Below, one piece after another: positions 19,526 to 29,165 of a stretch of 64,000 nucleotides of DNA; the stretch's first letter is position 1, and the number at the start of each line of letters is the position of its first letter. Under the pieces are notes generated by a model. It was not told the origin of the DNA. It did not search any database and saw only the letters and a list, made by a program, of their open reading frames with translations. Source of the DNA: an uncultured Nitrososphaeria archaeon (GTDB taxonomy: Archaea; Thermoproteota; Nitrososphaeria_A; Caldarchaeales; Wolframiiraptoraceae); NCBI GenBank assembly GCA_964440495.1, contig CAYTSD010000001.1:3104-67103 (forward strand), read 5' to 3'. Made by a program: the position numbers and the translations under genes.

Positions 19526-20707
19526 TCATGGTTTTTCAAGTGAGAGTATTGTGACGTAGGCGAAGTGTCCCGTTCCACCTATGTTGTGGATTAGGCCTAC
19601 CCCTCTCTTGACTGGAACCTGTCTATCCTTCTCAACTCGTTGCTGGAGTTGTCTCGTCATTTCGTAGACCATGCCGAGCCCCGAGGCTCCTATTGGATGT
19701 CCCTTAGCCTTTAGTCCGCCGTCGACGTTTACTGGTATAACTCCCCCTATGTAGGTCTGCTCCTCCCTTGCGAGGAGATATCCCTTGCCTCTCTCAGCGA
19801 ACCCCAGGTCTTCGTAGGCGAGTATCTCGGCTATCGTGAAGCAGTCGTGGACCAGTGCTAGGTCGAAGTACTTAACAGGCTTCTCCGGGTCTACTCCAGC
19901 AATCTTGTAGGCTTTTCTAGCTGCTTCAACGGCGGTTTCAAGTGAGAGGAAGTCCCCTCTTCTACTCAGGTTTCCTGTTCCGGTTGCTGAGGCCTGAGCC
20001 TTAACCCAGACAGGTGTGTTGGAGAGCTTCTCGGCGACATCCTCCGAGGCCAACACGACGGCAGCCGCTCCATCGGTTATCGGCGAGCAGTCATAGAGCT
20101 TGAGAGGCCATGCAATATATCTTGAGTTCAAGACGTCTTCAACGGTTATTCTCTTCTGGAACTGAGCCTTAGGGTTCATGGAGCCGTAGTAGTGGTTCTT
20201 CACAGCTATCTTCGCTAAGTCTTCCTCCGTTGCGCCATATTCCTGCATGTATGCTGTTGCGTAGAGGGCGTAGTAGGCTGGGAATGTGAGCCCGAATTGC
20301 TCAAACTCCCAGAAAAAGTTTCCACCTCTTCCGAGAAGCTCTACAACCTTCTGGGTCTCAAGCTCATTCATCCGTTCAACTCCCACCGCTAACGCTACGT
20401 CAACGAGTCCCGAAGCAACTGAGAGGTAGGCGACACGGAAGGCGGCGCTCCCAGATGCGCAGGCAGCCTCAACCCTCATACTCCCTATAGGTGTTAGTCC
20501 AGCGTACTCGATGATGAGAGGGGCTGGGAAGATCTCGGAGCTCCATACACCGACATTCCCCACCGAGACAAACCCTATCTCCTTCTTCTCAACTCCAGCG
20601 TCCTCCAAAGCCTCTCTAATAGCTATCCATGCAAGTTCTGGAAGCCTATGCTCAGTGTCTCTCCCAAACTTGCTCTGCCCAACACCTACTACGGCAACTT
20701 TCCGCAT
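19526..20707 (-). CDS. Thiolase (acetyl-CoA acetyltransferase, archaeal/SCP-x type)
   Basis: VEAACASGS, HDCFTIAE, VNVDGGLKAKGHPIGASG, HNIGGTG. Start at MRKVAVV (20707). Confidence 0.92.
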   Translation of the reverse strand: MRKVAVVGVGQSKFGRDTEHRLPELAWIAIREALEDAGVEKKEIGFVSVGNVGVWSSEIFPAPLIIEYAGLTPIGSMRVEAACASGSAAFRVAYLSVASGLVDVALAVGVERMNELETQKVVELLGRGGNFFWEFEQFGLTFPAYYALYATAYMQEYGATEEDLAKIAVKNHYYGSMNPKAQFQKRITVEDVLNSRYIAWPLKLYDCSPITDGAAAVVLASEDVAEKLSNTPVWVKAQASATGTGNLSRRGDFLSLETAVEAARKAYKIAGVDPEKPVKYFDLALVHDCFTIAEILAYEDLGFAERGKGYLLAREEQTYIGGVIPVNVDGGLKAKGHPIGASGLGMVYEMTRQLQQRVEKDRQVPVKRGVGLIHNIGGTGHFAYVTILSLEKP

Positions 20708-20809
20708 CCCAAGATAGCGGAAGACGACTAAATTTAAGTTATTCAAGTCGAGCCAGAGCTTAGAGTATTATACTGGCTTCATCATCGAACTTGGGAACGG
20801 GATGGGAGA

Positions 20810-21463
20810 ATGATTAAGGCGGTGGTCTTCGACCTCGATGGAACAATACTCGACCTCAAGCTAAAGTTTAGGGAGGCGAAGAAGAGGTTCCTAAAACTAC
20901 TCGAGGAGAATGGTGTCGAAATAAGTGAAATATCTCTCGACACACCTACAGAGATGATAATGAAGCGTGTAAAAGATAAGCCTAGAAGCTGGCTGATGAA
21001 GCTTGTAGACGAGGCTTTCCTGCCCTACGAGCTTGAGGCAGCTGAGGAAGCAGAGCTGAGAGAGGGCGTGGAGGAGGTTCTGAGAAGGCTTAGGGAGGAG
21101 GGCTACAGGCTTGGAATAGCGAGCAACAATGGTAGAATCGGTGTACGTAAAGCCTTAGAAAAAGTTGGGATAATAAGGTTATTCGATGTAATCGTCACGA
21201 GGAATGATGTTGATAGTATGAAGCCGAGTGGGAAAATTATTCAGAGAGCTATAGAGCTTCTCGGGGTAAAGCCTTGGGAGATGGCCTACGTAGGAGACAC
21301 CTACAATGACGTTAAGGCGGCGAGGAATGCGGGAGCGAAGACTATAGCCATTCTAGGAGGAGCCCATCCAGCTGAGAGAATTCAAGAAGCCGAGCCCGAC
21401 GCAGTGCTGGACGATTTTAGAAAACTGCCCGAGACCCTGAAGCTTTTAGATGGGGAAACCTAA
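20810..21463 (+). CDS. HAD-superfamily hydrolase (phosphoglycolate phosphatase-like)
   Basis: FDLDGT, KP, YVGDTYNDVKAARNAG. Confidence 0.88.
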   Translation: MIKAVVFDLDGTILDLKLKFREAKKRFLKLLEENGVEISEISLDTPTEMIMKRVKDKPRSWLMKLVDEAFLPYELEAAEEAELREGVEEVLRRLREEGYRLGIASNNGRIGVRKALEKVGIIRLFDVIVTRNDVDSMKPSGKIIQRAIELLGVKPWEMAYVGDTYNDVKAARNAGAKTIAILGGAHPAERIQEAEPDAVLDDFRKLPETLKLLDGET

Positions 21464-21506
21464 TATCCTCCCCAATCCCTTTAATCTTGGATAAAGGGTT
21501 AGGAGT

Positions 21507-22241
21507 ATGGGGAGATACAGGGGAGCAGCTGCTCTGGTAATCGTTGTAATCCTCCTAGCCCTGAGTCTGCTAATATTCAATCCAAGTTTTGCAAGTGCGC
21601 TCGAGAAGGTTGAGAAGGCTGCCGAGTCTCTTGGAAGATTGATTCCAGAGAGGGGTGCAGAGCTGACGGAGATTAGGGTGAAGGTTCTATTCTCAGACCA
21701 AGGCTTATCCCAGCTTTTCTTAGGGAATGAGACAGCTGACTTCAAACCAGTTGGGAACGCTGTTGTATTGGTAGGTGGATATGTGGCGCTAACGGACGAG
21801 AACGGTGAAGCGACTCTAAAAGCACCGAAAGGTAATGTAACAATCCATGTAAGCAGGAATAAGAGAAACTATTGGAGGGGAGTTGTAGATATTGACGACA
21901 ACGAGACAATTATCGTCAAGTTCATTCTGTATAGGTTGACTCCCTTGGACGTAAAGGTTGATTTAAGCCCATTCAAGGTTACCACACCTGTGACCCTGTC
22001 CTTTAAAACACCTCTTCAGGGGAGATACTATGTAGGGAAGCCTCATATATCCTTCTACACCCCTTGGGGAGAGTTGAGGAGGGTTCCAGAGACCTTGGAT
22101 GAGGGAATAGACTACAGAACCTTAGCTGGGGGTGGAACGCCTCTAGTAATCCGTGAGAAGGTTGTCGGAAACCCCGTCTACATACTTCCAGACTCAACCT
22201 ACCTTCCCGTCGAGCGTGTGGAGCTGGAGGAGAAACCTTGA
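21507..22241 (+). CDS. Hypothetical exported/membrane-anchored beta-rich protein
   Basis: N-terminal hydrophobic signal; TDENGEATL Ig-like/carboxypeptidase-regulatory-like motif; first gene of the MoxR operon. Confidence 0.65.
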   Translation: MGRYRGAAALVIVVILLALSLLIFNPSFASALEKVEKAAESLGRLIPERGAELTEIRVKVLFSDQGLSQLFLGNETADFKPVGNAVVLVGGYVALTDENGEATLKAPKGNVTIHVSRNKRNYWRGVVDIDDNETIIVKFILYRLTPLDVKVDLSPFKVTTPVTLSFKTPLQGRYYVGKPHISFYTPWGELRRVPETLDEGIDYRTLAGGGTPLVIREKVVGNPVYILPDSTYLPVERVELEEKP

Positions 22242-22708
22242 TAGAAGTTAACCTAACCACAGAGACAATATTCTGGATAACCTTAAACGCCATACTACTA
22301 GTAATCTTCGTAACACTTCTAGTCAGGTTTCTCAGAAAGATTAGGGGGAGGCGGATTGTGGAGGATGAGCTGGCTATCAGTAGCTGGTCCCATAAGTTTG
22401 ACATACTTCTCAGAGGGATGGATGACGGTGAAGCGGTGAAGCAGACATTTAGAATGGTCTTGGAGGATTTAGCTCTCTTGAATGGGCTTAACTCTATAAA
22501 GAGCCTAACCTCAAGGGAGCTTGTAGTGAAGCTTTCGTCCAGACTCCCCCAAAGCGCTAGGGCAAGCCTCATAAAACTCTACAGGATATATGAGCCTATT
22601 CGATTTGGTGGGGCTAAACCTGATGAGGGGAAGGTTAGAGAGTTTAGAGAGGCTCTTGAGAAGCTGGAGCTCCTTCTACATCCTAGGTTGGTGAGAGATA
22701 GATGGTAG
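22238..22708 (+). CDS. DUF4129-like membrane protein
   Basis: N-terminal TM; C-terminal SLTSREL...LYRIYEPIRFG pattern typical of DUF4129; 4-bp overlap with upstream gene. Confidence 0.65.
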   Translation: MIEVNLTTETIFWITLNAILLVIFVTLLVRFLRKIRGRRIVEDELAISSWSHKFDILLRGMDDGEAVKQTFRMVLEDLALLNGLNSIKSLTSRELVVKLSSRLPQSARASLIKLYRIYEPIRFGGAKPDEGKVREFREALEKLELLLHPRLVRDRW

Positions 22709-22836
22709 GCTTCTCAATCACATTATTCATTCTAGCCTTCACAATTCTCCTAGCATCATTGATGATACCCTATTATCCTCCGAGGAGAAGGAGGCGGGAA
22801 ACAGTTAAGAAGGCTTCCCCGAGACATGGGGGCTGA
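22702..22836 (+). CDS. Small single-TM protein (44 aa), not in the ORF track
   Basis: Own translation MVGFSITLFILAFTILLASLMIPYYPPRRRRRETVKKASPRHGG*; fills the gap between the DUF4129 and MoxR genes. Confidence 0.6.
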   Translation: MVGFSITLFILAFTILLASLMIPYYPPRRRRRETVKKASPRHGG

Positions 22837-23797
22837 GAGACCGATGCTGGAGCAGGAGACCGTGAGAGTGTTCGCTGAAAGAATCCGCGAAGCAGTTCAC
22901 GAGATAATCGTGGGGATGGATGAAGCCATACACGCCCTCCTCCTCGCCCTCCTAAGCGAGGGCCACGTCCTCCTAGAAGGCCCTCCAGGGATTGCGAAGA
23001 CCTATCTCGCCAAAGCCTTCGCCTCGGTTCTAGGCCTAAAGTTCAGGAGAATACAGTTCACGGCAGACCTGATGCCAAGCGACATAACAGGCTCAATAGT
23101 CTACAACAGGGCTGAGGAGAGATTCGAGTTCAGGAAGGGCCCTATATTCGCCAACATAGTCTTGGCTGATGAGATTAACCGGGCCTCGCCGCGTGCTCAG
23201 TCGGCGCTGCTTGAGGCTATGCAGGAGAGGCAGGTGACGGTTGAGGGCTCAAGCTTCCCTCTCCCCCACCCCTTCCTCCTGATAGCTACGCAGAACCCTA
23301 TTGAGCTTGAGGGAACCTACCCTCTACCCGAGGCAGAGCTCGACAGGTTTCTCGTGAGGGCTGTTCTCACCTACCCAGACTCAGGGACAGAGCTTGAGAT
23401 ACTCTCCAAGAAGATGCTCTACGGCGAGTACTTTGAGTTGGAGCCTATCTTTTCGGCGGAGGACGTCCTCAAGGCGATAGAGCTTGTCAGGAAGGTTGAG
23501 GCCGAGAAATCGGTTCTCGAGTACATCGTGAAGCTTGCTGAGGCGACTAGGAGGCATGAGCGTGTAGCGCTTGGGGTGAGCCCCCGGGGGGAGGTTGCCC
23601 TGCTTTATGCCTCGAAGGCTGAGGCCGCTATGGAGGGGAAGCCCTACATCCTCCCAGACCATGTTAAGGCGGTTGTCGAACTCGTCTTCAACCATAGGAT
23701 AATCCTCAGGGGAGGAAGCCTAAACCCCCTGACCTCTAGGGAGGAGGTCCTAGAGCTTCTCAGAGAGGTTGTCGAGGGGGTGCCTGCCCCACGCTGA
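22826..23797 (+). CDS. moxR: MoxR-family AAA+ ATPase
   Basis: HVLLEGPPGIAKT, RIQFTADLMPSDITG, LADEINRASPRAQSALLEAMQERQVT, ATQNPIELEGTYPLPEAELDRF. Start may be the ATG at 22844. Confidence 0.95.
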   Translation: MGAERPMLEQETVRVFAERIREAVHEIIVGMDEAIHALLLALLSEGHVLLEGPPGIAKTYLAKAFASVLGLKFRRIQFTADLMPSDITGSIVYNRAEERFEFRKGPIFANIVLADEINRASPRAQSALLEAMQERQVTVEGSSFPLPHPFLLIATQNPIELEGTYPLPEAELDRFLVRAVLTYPDSGTELEILSKKMLYGEYFELEPIFSAEDVLKAIELVRKVEAEKSVLEYIVKLAEATRRHERVALGVSPRGEVALLYASKAEAAMEGKPYILPDHVKAVVELVFNHRIILRGGSLNPLTSREEVLELLREVVEGVPAPR

Positions 23798-24963
23798 TGC
23801 TCACAAAAAACGCTGCCAGAGTCTTCCAGGTCTCAGCAATCTTCCTCCTACTCGCACTCATACTCGCCTCCCCAGCGCTTATACTCTCCTCCCTCCTACC
23901 CATGGTCTTTACAGCACTCTACGCCCTCCTAGCGTGGAGGAGGCTGAGGAGGATAGAGCCAGATATCTTCGCGACCTCCCTAATCGCCTCGCCGAATCCG
24001 GCCCTCGTCAACAGCGACATTAGGGTAAAACTTGTGGTAGCGCTGCGGAGAGACTTGGAGCTCCCCATAGAGGCTCAGGTCGAGACATGGGAGCTGGAAA
24101 CCTCTGGGAAACCTGGGTGGAGGGGTGTGCTCAGGAAGGGGGTGGAGGCAGTCGCAGACTTCAAGGTGCGGAGCAGCGAGATAGGTGTCAGGCTCCTAGG
24201 CCCAGTCTTCATCGCCTTGAAGGATAGGCTTGGAGTCGCCGTGAGAGAGCTCGAGGTTCATCCTCCCCTACCCATCCTCATCCTCTCAGAGGCCCTGAGG
24301 CTTAGGGCTCCAGCAGCTCTCCAAGTCTCCTCACGTTCTCCAGCCCCAGGACTCGCTGAGAACCCCTTCATAGGCATGCCGGAGGAGTATAGGCTTAGCC
24401 TCCCCCAGACCCAGGAGCAGCCAGCCCGCCTAATAGACTGGAGGAGGACTGCGAGAAGCGGGGGAGAGGAGCTCTATGTTAGGGAGTATGATAGGTTGAG
24501 GAGGGGGGAGGTTGTCTTCGGGGTCGGTGGAGGGCTGAGAGTCGAGGTTCCAGGCATGGGCGTGGCTGAGCAGCTAGCGCTCCAGCCCCTCCTCCAGATA
24601 GCCCTCGCCCACCTCAAGGCAGGGTCAAGCCCATGGCTCCTAGCCTACGCTGGGAGAGGCGAATTCACAGCCTCACCCCTCCTCCAAAGCCCTGAAGGAG
24701 TAGTTCTCGGTCAGCCTCAGGGGATGCCTCCGAGAGGCAGTCTAGTAGTCTATGTAACCCGTCTCATAGACCCCTTGGAGGCTGAGGCGCTATCAAGGCT
24801 CTCCAAGCTCACCTCTCTAAGGCTTCTACTGCTCGACCTCGGAGACGGGGAGAGACTTCGCAGAGCGGCTGGCAGGGTTGAGGCATGGTACTCCATAGTT
24901 GGGGTGGATGAGCTTCCGCAGGCTCTATGGAGGGCGCTCAGGGTTCACGGGAGGATTACCTAG
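23797..24963 (+). CDS. DUF58-family protein (MoxR-associated)
   Basis: N-terminal TMs; RLIDWRRTAR...LYVREYD, a divergent DUF58 signature; directly after moxR. Confidence 0.75.
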   Translation: MLTKNAARVFQVSAIFLLLALILASPALILSSLLPMVFTALYALLAWRRLRRIEPDIFATSLIASPNPALVNSDIRVKLVVALRRDLELPIEAQVETWELETSGKPGWRGVLRKGVEAVADFKVRSSEIGVRLLGPVFIALKDRLGVAVRELEVHPPLPILILSEALRLRAPAALQVSSRSPAPGLAENPFIGMPEEYRLSLPQTQEQPARLIDWRRTARSGGEELYVREYDRLRRGEVVFGVGGGLRVEVPGMGVAEQLALQPLLQIALAHLKAGSSPWLLAYAGRGEFTASPLLQSPEGVVLGQPQGMPPRGSLVVYVTRLIDPLEAEALSRLSKLTSLRLLLLDLGDGERLRRAAGRVEAWYSIVGVDELPQALWRALRVHGRIT

Positions 24964-24965
24964 AG

Positions 24966-25688
24966 ATGGATAGGCTGAGCATCCTGCTCCTAGGAACCCT
25001 TACCCTACCCCTACTATACTCTCTTCTCCAAGTCCTCCAAGCCTTCGAGAGCCTCCACTTCTTCCTCCTCCTAGGAATCTTCTCACTCCTAATGATACCT
25101 GTAACCCGCTACTTAACGGAGGTTATCTTGGCCTCCATCTACGTCCCAGCCATCATAAGCTTCCTCCTCCTAAGCTTAGCAGGCCGTCCAGAGTTCCTCC
25201 TAAACCTCGCGGCAGGATACCTCATAGCCTTCCCACTATTTCTCCTACTCGACTTCTACACGGACTCCTCTCCCCAGCTCCTCACCCTAATCTACCTTGG
25301 AGGCATGCTTCTCAGCCTCTACCTACTTGGATTCTCGGGGGAGCAGGGGGTCCATGTGGAAGCGCTCTTCAGGGGGCTCTTCCCAAGAGAGGGGAGTAGG
25401 CTCCTAAGCCCCGAAGCCTTCAGCTACATGGACCCCCTCTTCGCCGTCCTAACAGCGTTCTCGACCATAGCCTTGCTCTGGAGCCTGTTGAGGAAGCTCA
25501 GACCCATGGAGTCCCCGCTGCTCGGTGAGGAGGTCTTCCTTACAGCGCTCCTCCTCTCAGCCCTTGTAACCTTCGGGATAGCTGTCCTCTCAAGGGTCTC
25601 AGGAGAGTTCGCTTGGCTTCTAACCTTCCTTGTCGGCGGGGCTTTAGCGCTCTTTCTAGCGGTCTATCCGAGGCTGGTGGGAGGGTGA
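24966..25688 (+). CDS. Hypothetical polytopic membrane protein
   Basis: About 7-8 hydrophobic segments; start at ATG 24966. Confidence 0.7.
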   Translation: MDRLSILLLGTLTLPLLYSLLQVLQAFESLHFFLLLGIFSLLMIPVTRYLTEVILASIYVPAIISFLLLSLAGRPEFLLNLAAGYLIAFPLFLLLDFYTDSSPQLLTLIYLGGMLLSLYLLGFSGEQGVHVEALFRGLFPREGSRLLSPEAFSYMDPLFAVLTAFSTIALLWSLLRKLRPMESPLLGEEVFLTALLLSALVTFGIAVLSRVSGEFAWLLTFLVGGALALFLAVYPRLVGG

Positions 25689-27178
25689 GACACCTTCTCC
25701 TCCTAGTCATACTGCTCGGCCTGATGTCTCCTCTACAGGTCTCAGGGAAGCCGCTCATGGTGGGATACACGGGCTTCTACATGCTCCCCCTACTCGACGG
25801 CGGAACACTGGAGTTCGAGGTCGGTGAACCTCTCTGGGTAATGGCTCCGAACCCGCCTACCAAGGTCTACCTCGAGTCTCCAGAAGGGGTCATCCTGACC
25901 TACAGCCTGAACTCTAGTCGGCCTCAGCTTCTGAGAATCTTCTCGGAAGAGGATGCGGGTGGATGGACGCTCATCTCAGAGAACGGTGACAGGCTTCACC
26001 TAGAGGTTAGAGACCCTGAGAGGATGGGGGTCAAAGCCCTCTACAGCCTCTCACCCACATCCCTAACCATAAGTCTCACAGGCTCCAGTAGGGCGGCCAT
26101 ACTCTCCCAAAGCTCTGAGAGGATTCTCCTCATAGCTGGGGTCGAGCAGACTGTGAGGCTTGGAAACCTAACCGACGGAGAGCTGGTCATAGACCTCTTC
26201 TACCCAGAGTCCTTCCTCTATGAGGGTGTAGCCGAGGGAAGTAACTACACGCTCCACGCCGAGGCTCTTGTAGGTAGACTTGTAGGTAAGGTGAGGCAAG
26301 GTCTCTTAACACTTGAACTGCCTAGGCTTCACGAGGTCGGCGCTGGAGGGGTGCTCCCTCTAAGGGAAGGCTCGGCGTCTCTCAGAGTAACCTCAAACGA
26401 GACTGTGGGAAAGTTTCCAGTCTATGTTCTGAATAAGGCCTTCGAGGACTTTGCGGGGAAGCCTGTCGATAGGAAGGCTGTAATCCATCTTGAAGAAGCT
26501 CTAGACTCGTCGCTGAGCGTTCTTCTACCCAACCCCGAGAATCCTGAGGAGACGCAGACCCTAATCCTGAGACCCCCGCTTGCCGCAGCCCGCTTCTACG
26601 ACCCTCTCCACGGAGTCTATGTCGGAAACCTAACCATAGAGACGACTAGGCTTCAAGCGGTAGCCGTCAACGAGACGGCATACTTCCTCCTCAGAGACGT
26701 TGATGAACTCTACCCCAAACACTCCAAGAAACCTAGAATAGGAGACGACGACATAACAGTCTACGTTAACGGATTCAGAGCAGCCTCGATGAAGATAGCG
26801 TTGAGGCAAGGTGAAGTCACATCCTCGAAGCTAGACCTCAAGCTCCTCAGAATAAAGGTACTCAGCCCAGACAATCGACCAGCGGAAAACGTGAAACTGA
26901 GAATAAATGGGAGAATATTCGGTCTCAAGTCAGGATGCGGAGGCTTCCTCCTCCCATCTGGAGACTATAGGGTTAAAGCCTTCTCAGGAGGGCTTAGAGC
27001 AGAATCCCATGTAAAGCTGGAAAACGATGCTGAACTTACTCTAAGACTAAGTAGACCTCTCAGACTTGAAGAGATACTTAGATTCACGGCGGCAGCCCAG
27101 CTCCTCGGCCTCCTAATCCTCATCCTACTAAACCTTCAAGCCGCAAGAGTTTTTAAAGTAAGGAAATGGAAACGATAA
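25685..27178 (+). CDS. Hypothetical secreted protein with C-terminal membrane anchor
   Basis: GTG start overlapping the upstream TGA; signal peptide MRHLLLLVILLGL; beta-rich body; C-terminal TM plus basic tail. Confidence 0.7.
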   Translation: MRHLLLLVILLGLMSPLQVSGKPLMVGYTGFYMLPLLDGGTLEFEVGEPLWVMAPNPPTKVYLESPEGVILTYSLNSSRPQLLRIFSEEDAGGWTLISENGDRLHLEVRDPERMGVKALYSLSPTSLTISLTGSSRAAILSQSSERILLIAGVEQTVRLGNLTDGELVIDLFYPESFLYEGVAEGSNYTLHAEALVGRLVGKVRQGLLTLELPRLHEVGAGGVLPLREGSASLRVTSNETVGKFPVYVLNKAFEDFAGKPVDRKAVIHLEEALDSSLSVLLPNPENPEETQTLILRPPLAAARFYDPLHGVYVGNLTIETTRLQAVAVNETAYFLLRDVDELYPKHSKKPRIGDDDITVYVNGFRAASMKIALRQGEVTSSKLDLKLLRIKVLSPDNRPAENVKLRINGRIFGLKSGCGGFLLPSGDYRVKAFSGGLRAESHVKLENDAELTLRLSRPLRLEEILRFTAAAQLLGLLILILLNLQAARVFKVRKWKR

Positions 27179-27191
27179 CGAGAGAAGACTC

Positions 27192-29045
27192 ATGGAGAAA
27201 ATAGTCCCAGACACAAGCATAATAATCAATGGGAAGCTCTCCCAGATGATTGAGAAGGGAGAGCTAGATGAATGCGAGATAATCTTACCCATAGCAGTGA
27301 TAGATGAGCTTCAAGCCCAAGCCTCGAAAGGAAGAGAGATAGGATTCAAAGGACTTGAGGAACTCAAGAAGATAAGAACACTTGCCGAGGAAAGAGGATT
27401 CGAGATAAGGTTTGTCGGAGAGAGGCCAAGCCTAGAGGACATCAAACTTGCTAGAAGCGGAAGAATAGATGCGCTGATAAGGGATGCTGCCAAAAGTGAG
27501 AACGCAACCCTCTACACATCCGACTATGTCCAAGCACTTGTCGCAGAAGCTGAGGGAGTTCCAGTCAAGTATGTTGAAGCCTATGAGAGAAAAGAGCGCA
27601 TGAGCTTCGAGGAATACTTCACCCCCGACACCCTGAGCCTGCATCTAAAAGCGGGAGTCCCACCAATGGCTAAACGTGGAAGACCTGGAAGCTTCAAGCT
27701 GGTTAAGGTGAGAGAAGAACCATGCATGGAGGAGGAGATAAACGACGTGATCAGGGAGATAACTGAAACAGTGCGAGTAAGCGAGGAAGGAAGCATAGAG
27801 ATTGTCAGAAGCCATGCGATGGTGGTCCAGCTTGGACAGTATAGGATAGCTATAGCGAAGCCCCCCTTCTCCGATGGACTCGAGGTCACGATAGTGCGGC
27901 CGATAGTCAAGCTAAGCATAGAAGACTATAGACTCTCGGACAAACTAATGGAGAGGCTGAGGACGAGAGCAGAGGGGATACTCATAGCGGGGCCACCTGG
28001 CTCGGGGAAGACAACCTTCGCAAGCAGCCTAGCCGAGTTCTACTCACGTCAAGGGAAAATAGTTAAGACTCTTGAATCCCCTAGAGACCTACAAGTCGGA
28101 GCCGAGATCACCCAATACGGTCCCCTTGAGGGAGACTTCGAGAAGACCGCAGAGGTCCTGCTCCTTGTTAGACCCGACTACACGGTCTTCGATGAGATAA
28201 GGCGGGGGAGAGACTTCCAGATATTCTCCGACATGCGTTTAGCAGGAGTAGGAATGATAGGGGTAGTCCATGCAAGCGACCCAGTAGACGCGATACAGCG
28301 TTTCATAGGCAGAGTAGAACTCGGAATGATACCTCACATAATAGACACAGTAATATTCCTAAAAGATGGAGAGGTCAAGAAAGTCTATGAACTAAACCTA
28401 GTTGTAAAGGTTCCAACGGGGATGACTTCAGCGGACTTAACGCGTCCAGTGATAGAGGTTAGAGACTTCGAGACGGAGAAACTAGAATACGAGATATACA
28501 CGTATGGGGAGGAAAACGTGATAGTTCCAGTCGAGGAGGTCAAGGAGTATATGTCAGCCGTCCAGAAACTTGCGAGAGAACGGATACTTGAAAGGATAAG
28601 GGCGTTTGACCCCCAGGCGGAGGTTGAGATTATCTCATCTAATAAGGCGATTGTACGTGTGGAGAAATCGGTGATTCCGAGGCTTCTTGGGAGAAAGGGA
28701 GAGACGATAGCCAGAGTCGAGAAAGAGCTCGGCATATCGATTGACGTTGAGCCTAGGGTTCCAGCTCTGGGAGAGGAGGTAGAGTACGGGGTCTCGGAGA
28801 GCGGGAAAGCAGTAGAGCTCCTAGTAAGCTCAAAGCTTAGGGGAGAAACCCTAAGCATCTACATCGATGGAGAATACCTCTTCTCGGCAACGGTAGGGAA
28901 AGGTGGAAAGATAAGGGTATCAAGGAGATCCGAGCAGGGGAGAAAGCTTCTAGCGGCTCTCAGCTCTGGAAGAGATGTCAGGGTTTTCAGAGAGGTGAGG
29001 GAAGCATCTGAACCAGCTGAAAGAAGGAGGAAGCGTGAAAAGTAA
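27192..29045 (+). CDS. PIN-domain/ATPase/KH protein (PINA, Holliday-junction branch-migration ATPase family)
   Basis: N-terminal PIN (VPDTS), Walker A GPPGSGKTT, LESPRDLQ, DEIR, GVVHA, KH GRKGETI. Confidence 0.9.
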   Translation: MEKIVPDTSIIINGKLSQMIEKGELDECEIILPIAVIDELQAQASKGREIGFKGLEELKKIRTLAEERGFEIRFVGERPSLEDIKLARSGRIDALIRDAAKSENATLYTSDYVQALVAEAEGVPVKYVEAYERKERMSFEEYFTPDTLSLHLKAGVPPMAKRGRPGSFKLVKVREEPCMEEEINDVIREITETVRVSEEGSIEIVRSHAMVVQLGQYRIAIAKPPFSDGLEVTIVRPIVKLSIEDYRLSDKLMERLRTRAEGILIAGPPGSGKTTFASSLAEFYSRQGKIVKTLESPRDLQVGAEITQYGPLEGDFEKTAEVLLLVRPDYTVFDEIRRGRDFQIFSDMRLAGVGMIGVVHASDPVDAIQRFIGRVELGMIPHIIDTVIFLKDGEVKKVYELNLVVKVPTGMTSADLTRPVIEVRDFETEKLEYEIYTYGEENVIVPVEEVKEYMSAVQKLARERILERIRAFDPQAEVEIISSNKAIVRVEKSVIPRLLGRKGETIARVEKELGISIDVEPRVPALGEEVEYGVSESGKAVELLVSSKLRGETLSIYIDGEYLFSATVGKGGKIRVSRRSEQGRKLLAALSSGRDVRVFREVREASEPAERRRKREK

Positions 29046-29165
29046 TTCAATTCAACTCAAACCCTATCCCAGCGACGTATGGGAAATGCTTAGGCAAATA
29101 TCTGAGTAGCTGTGTTTCAAAGCTTCGGCAAAGGGATTATATAGAGGATTTCCAGTTGAGGAGAT

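Noticed and set aside
20750..20790. Minus-strand box C-like ATGATGA between the thiolase and HAD genes, suggesting a C/D sRNA
   Set aside because: No properly spaced CTGA box D; the region is better explained as a divergent promoter
27192..29045. ATPase as a type IV pilus/secretion motor linked to the prepilin peptidase at 41182
   Set aside because: PIN-ATPase-KH architecture fits PINA; no pilin or TadC genes nearby, and the peptidase is 12 kb away
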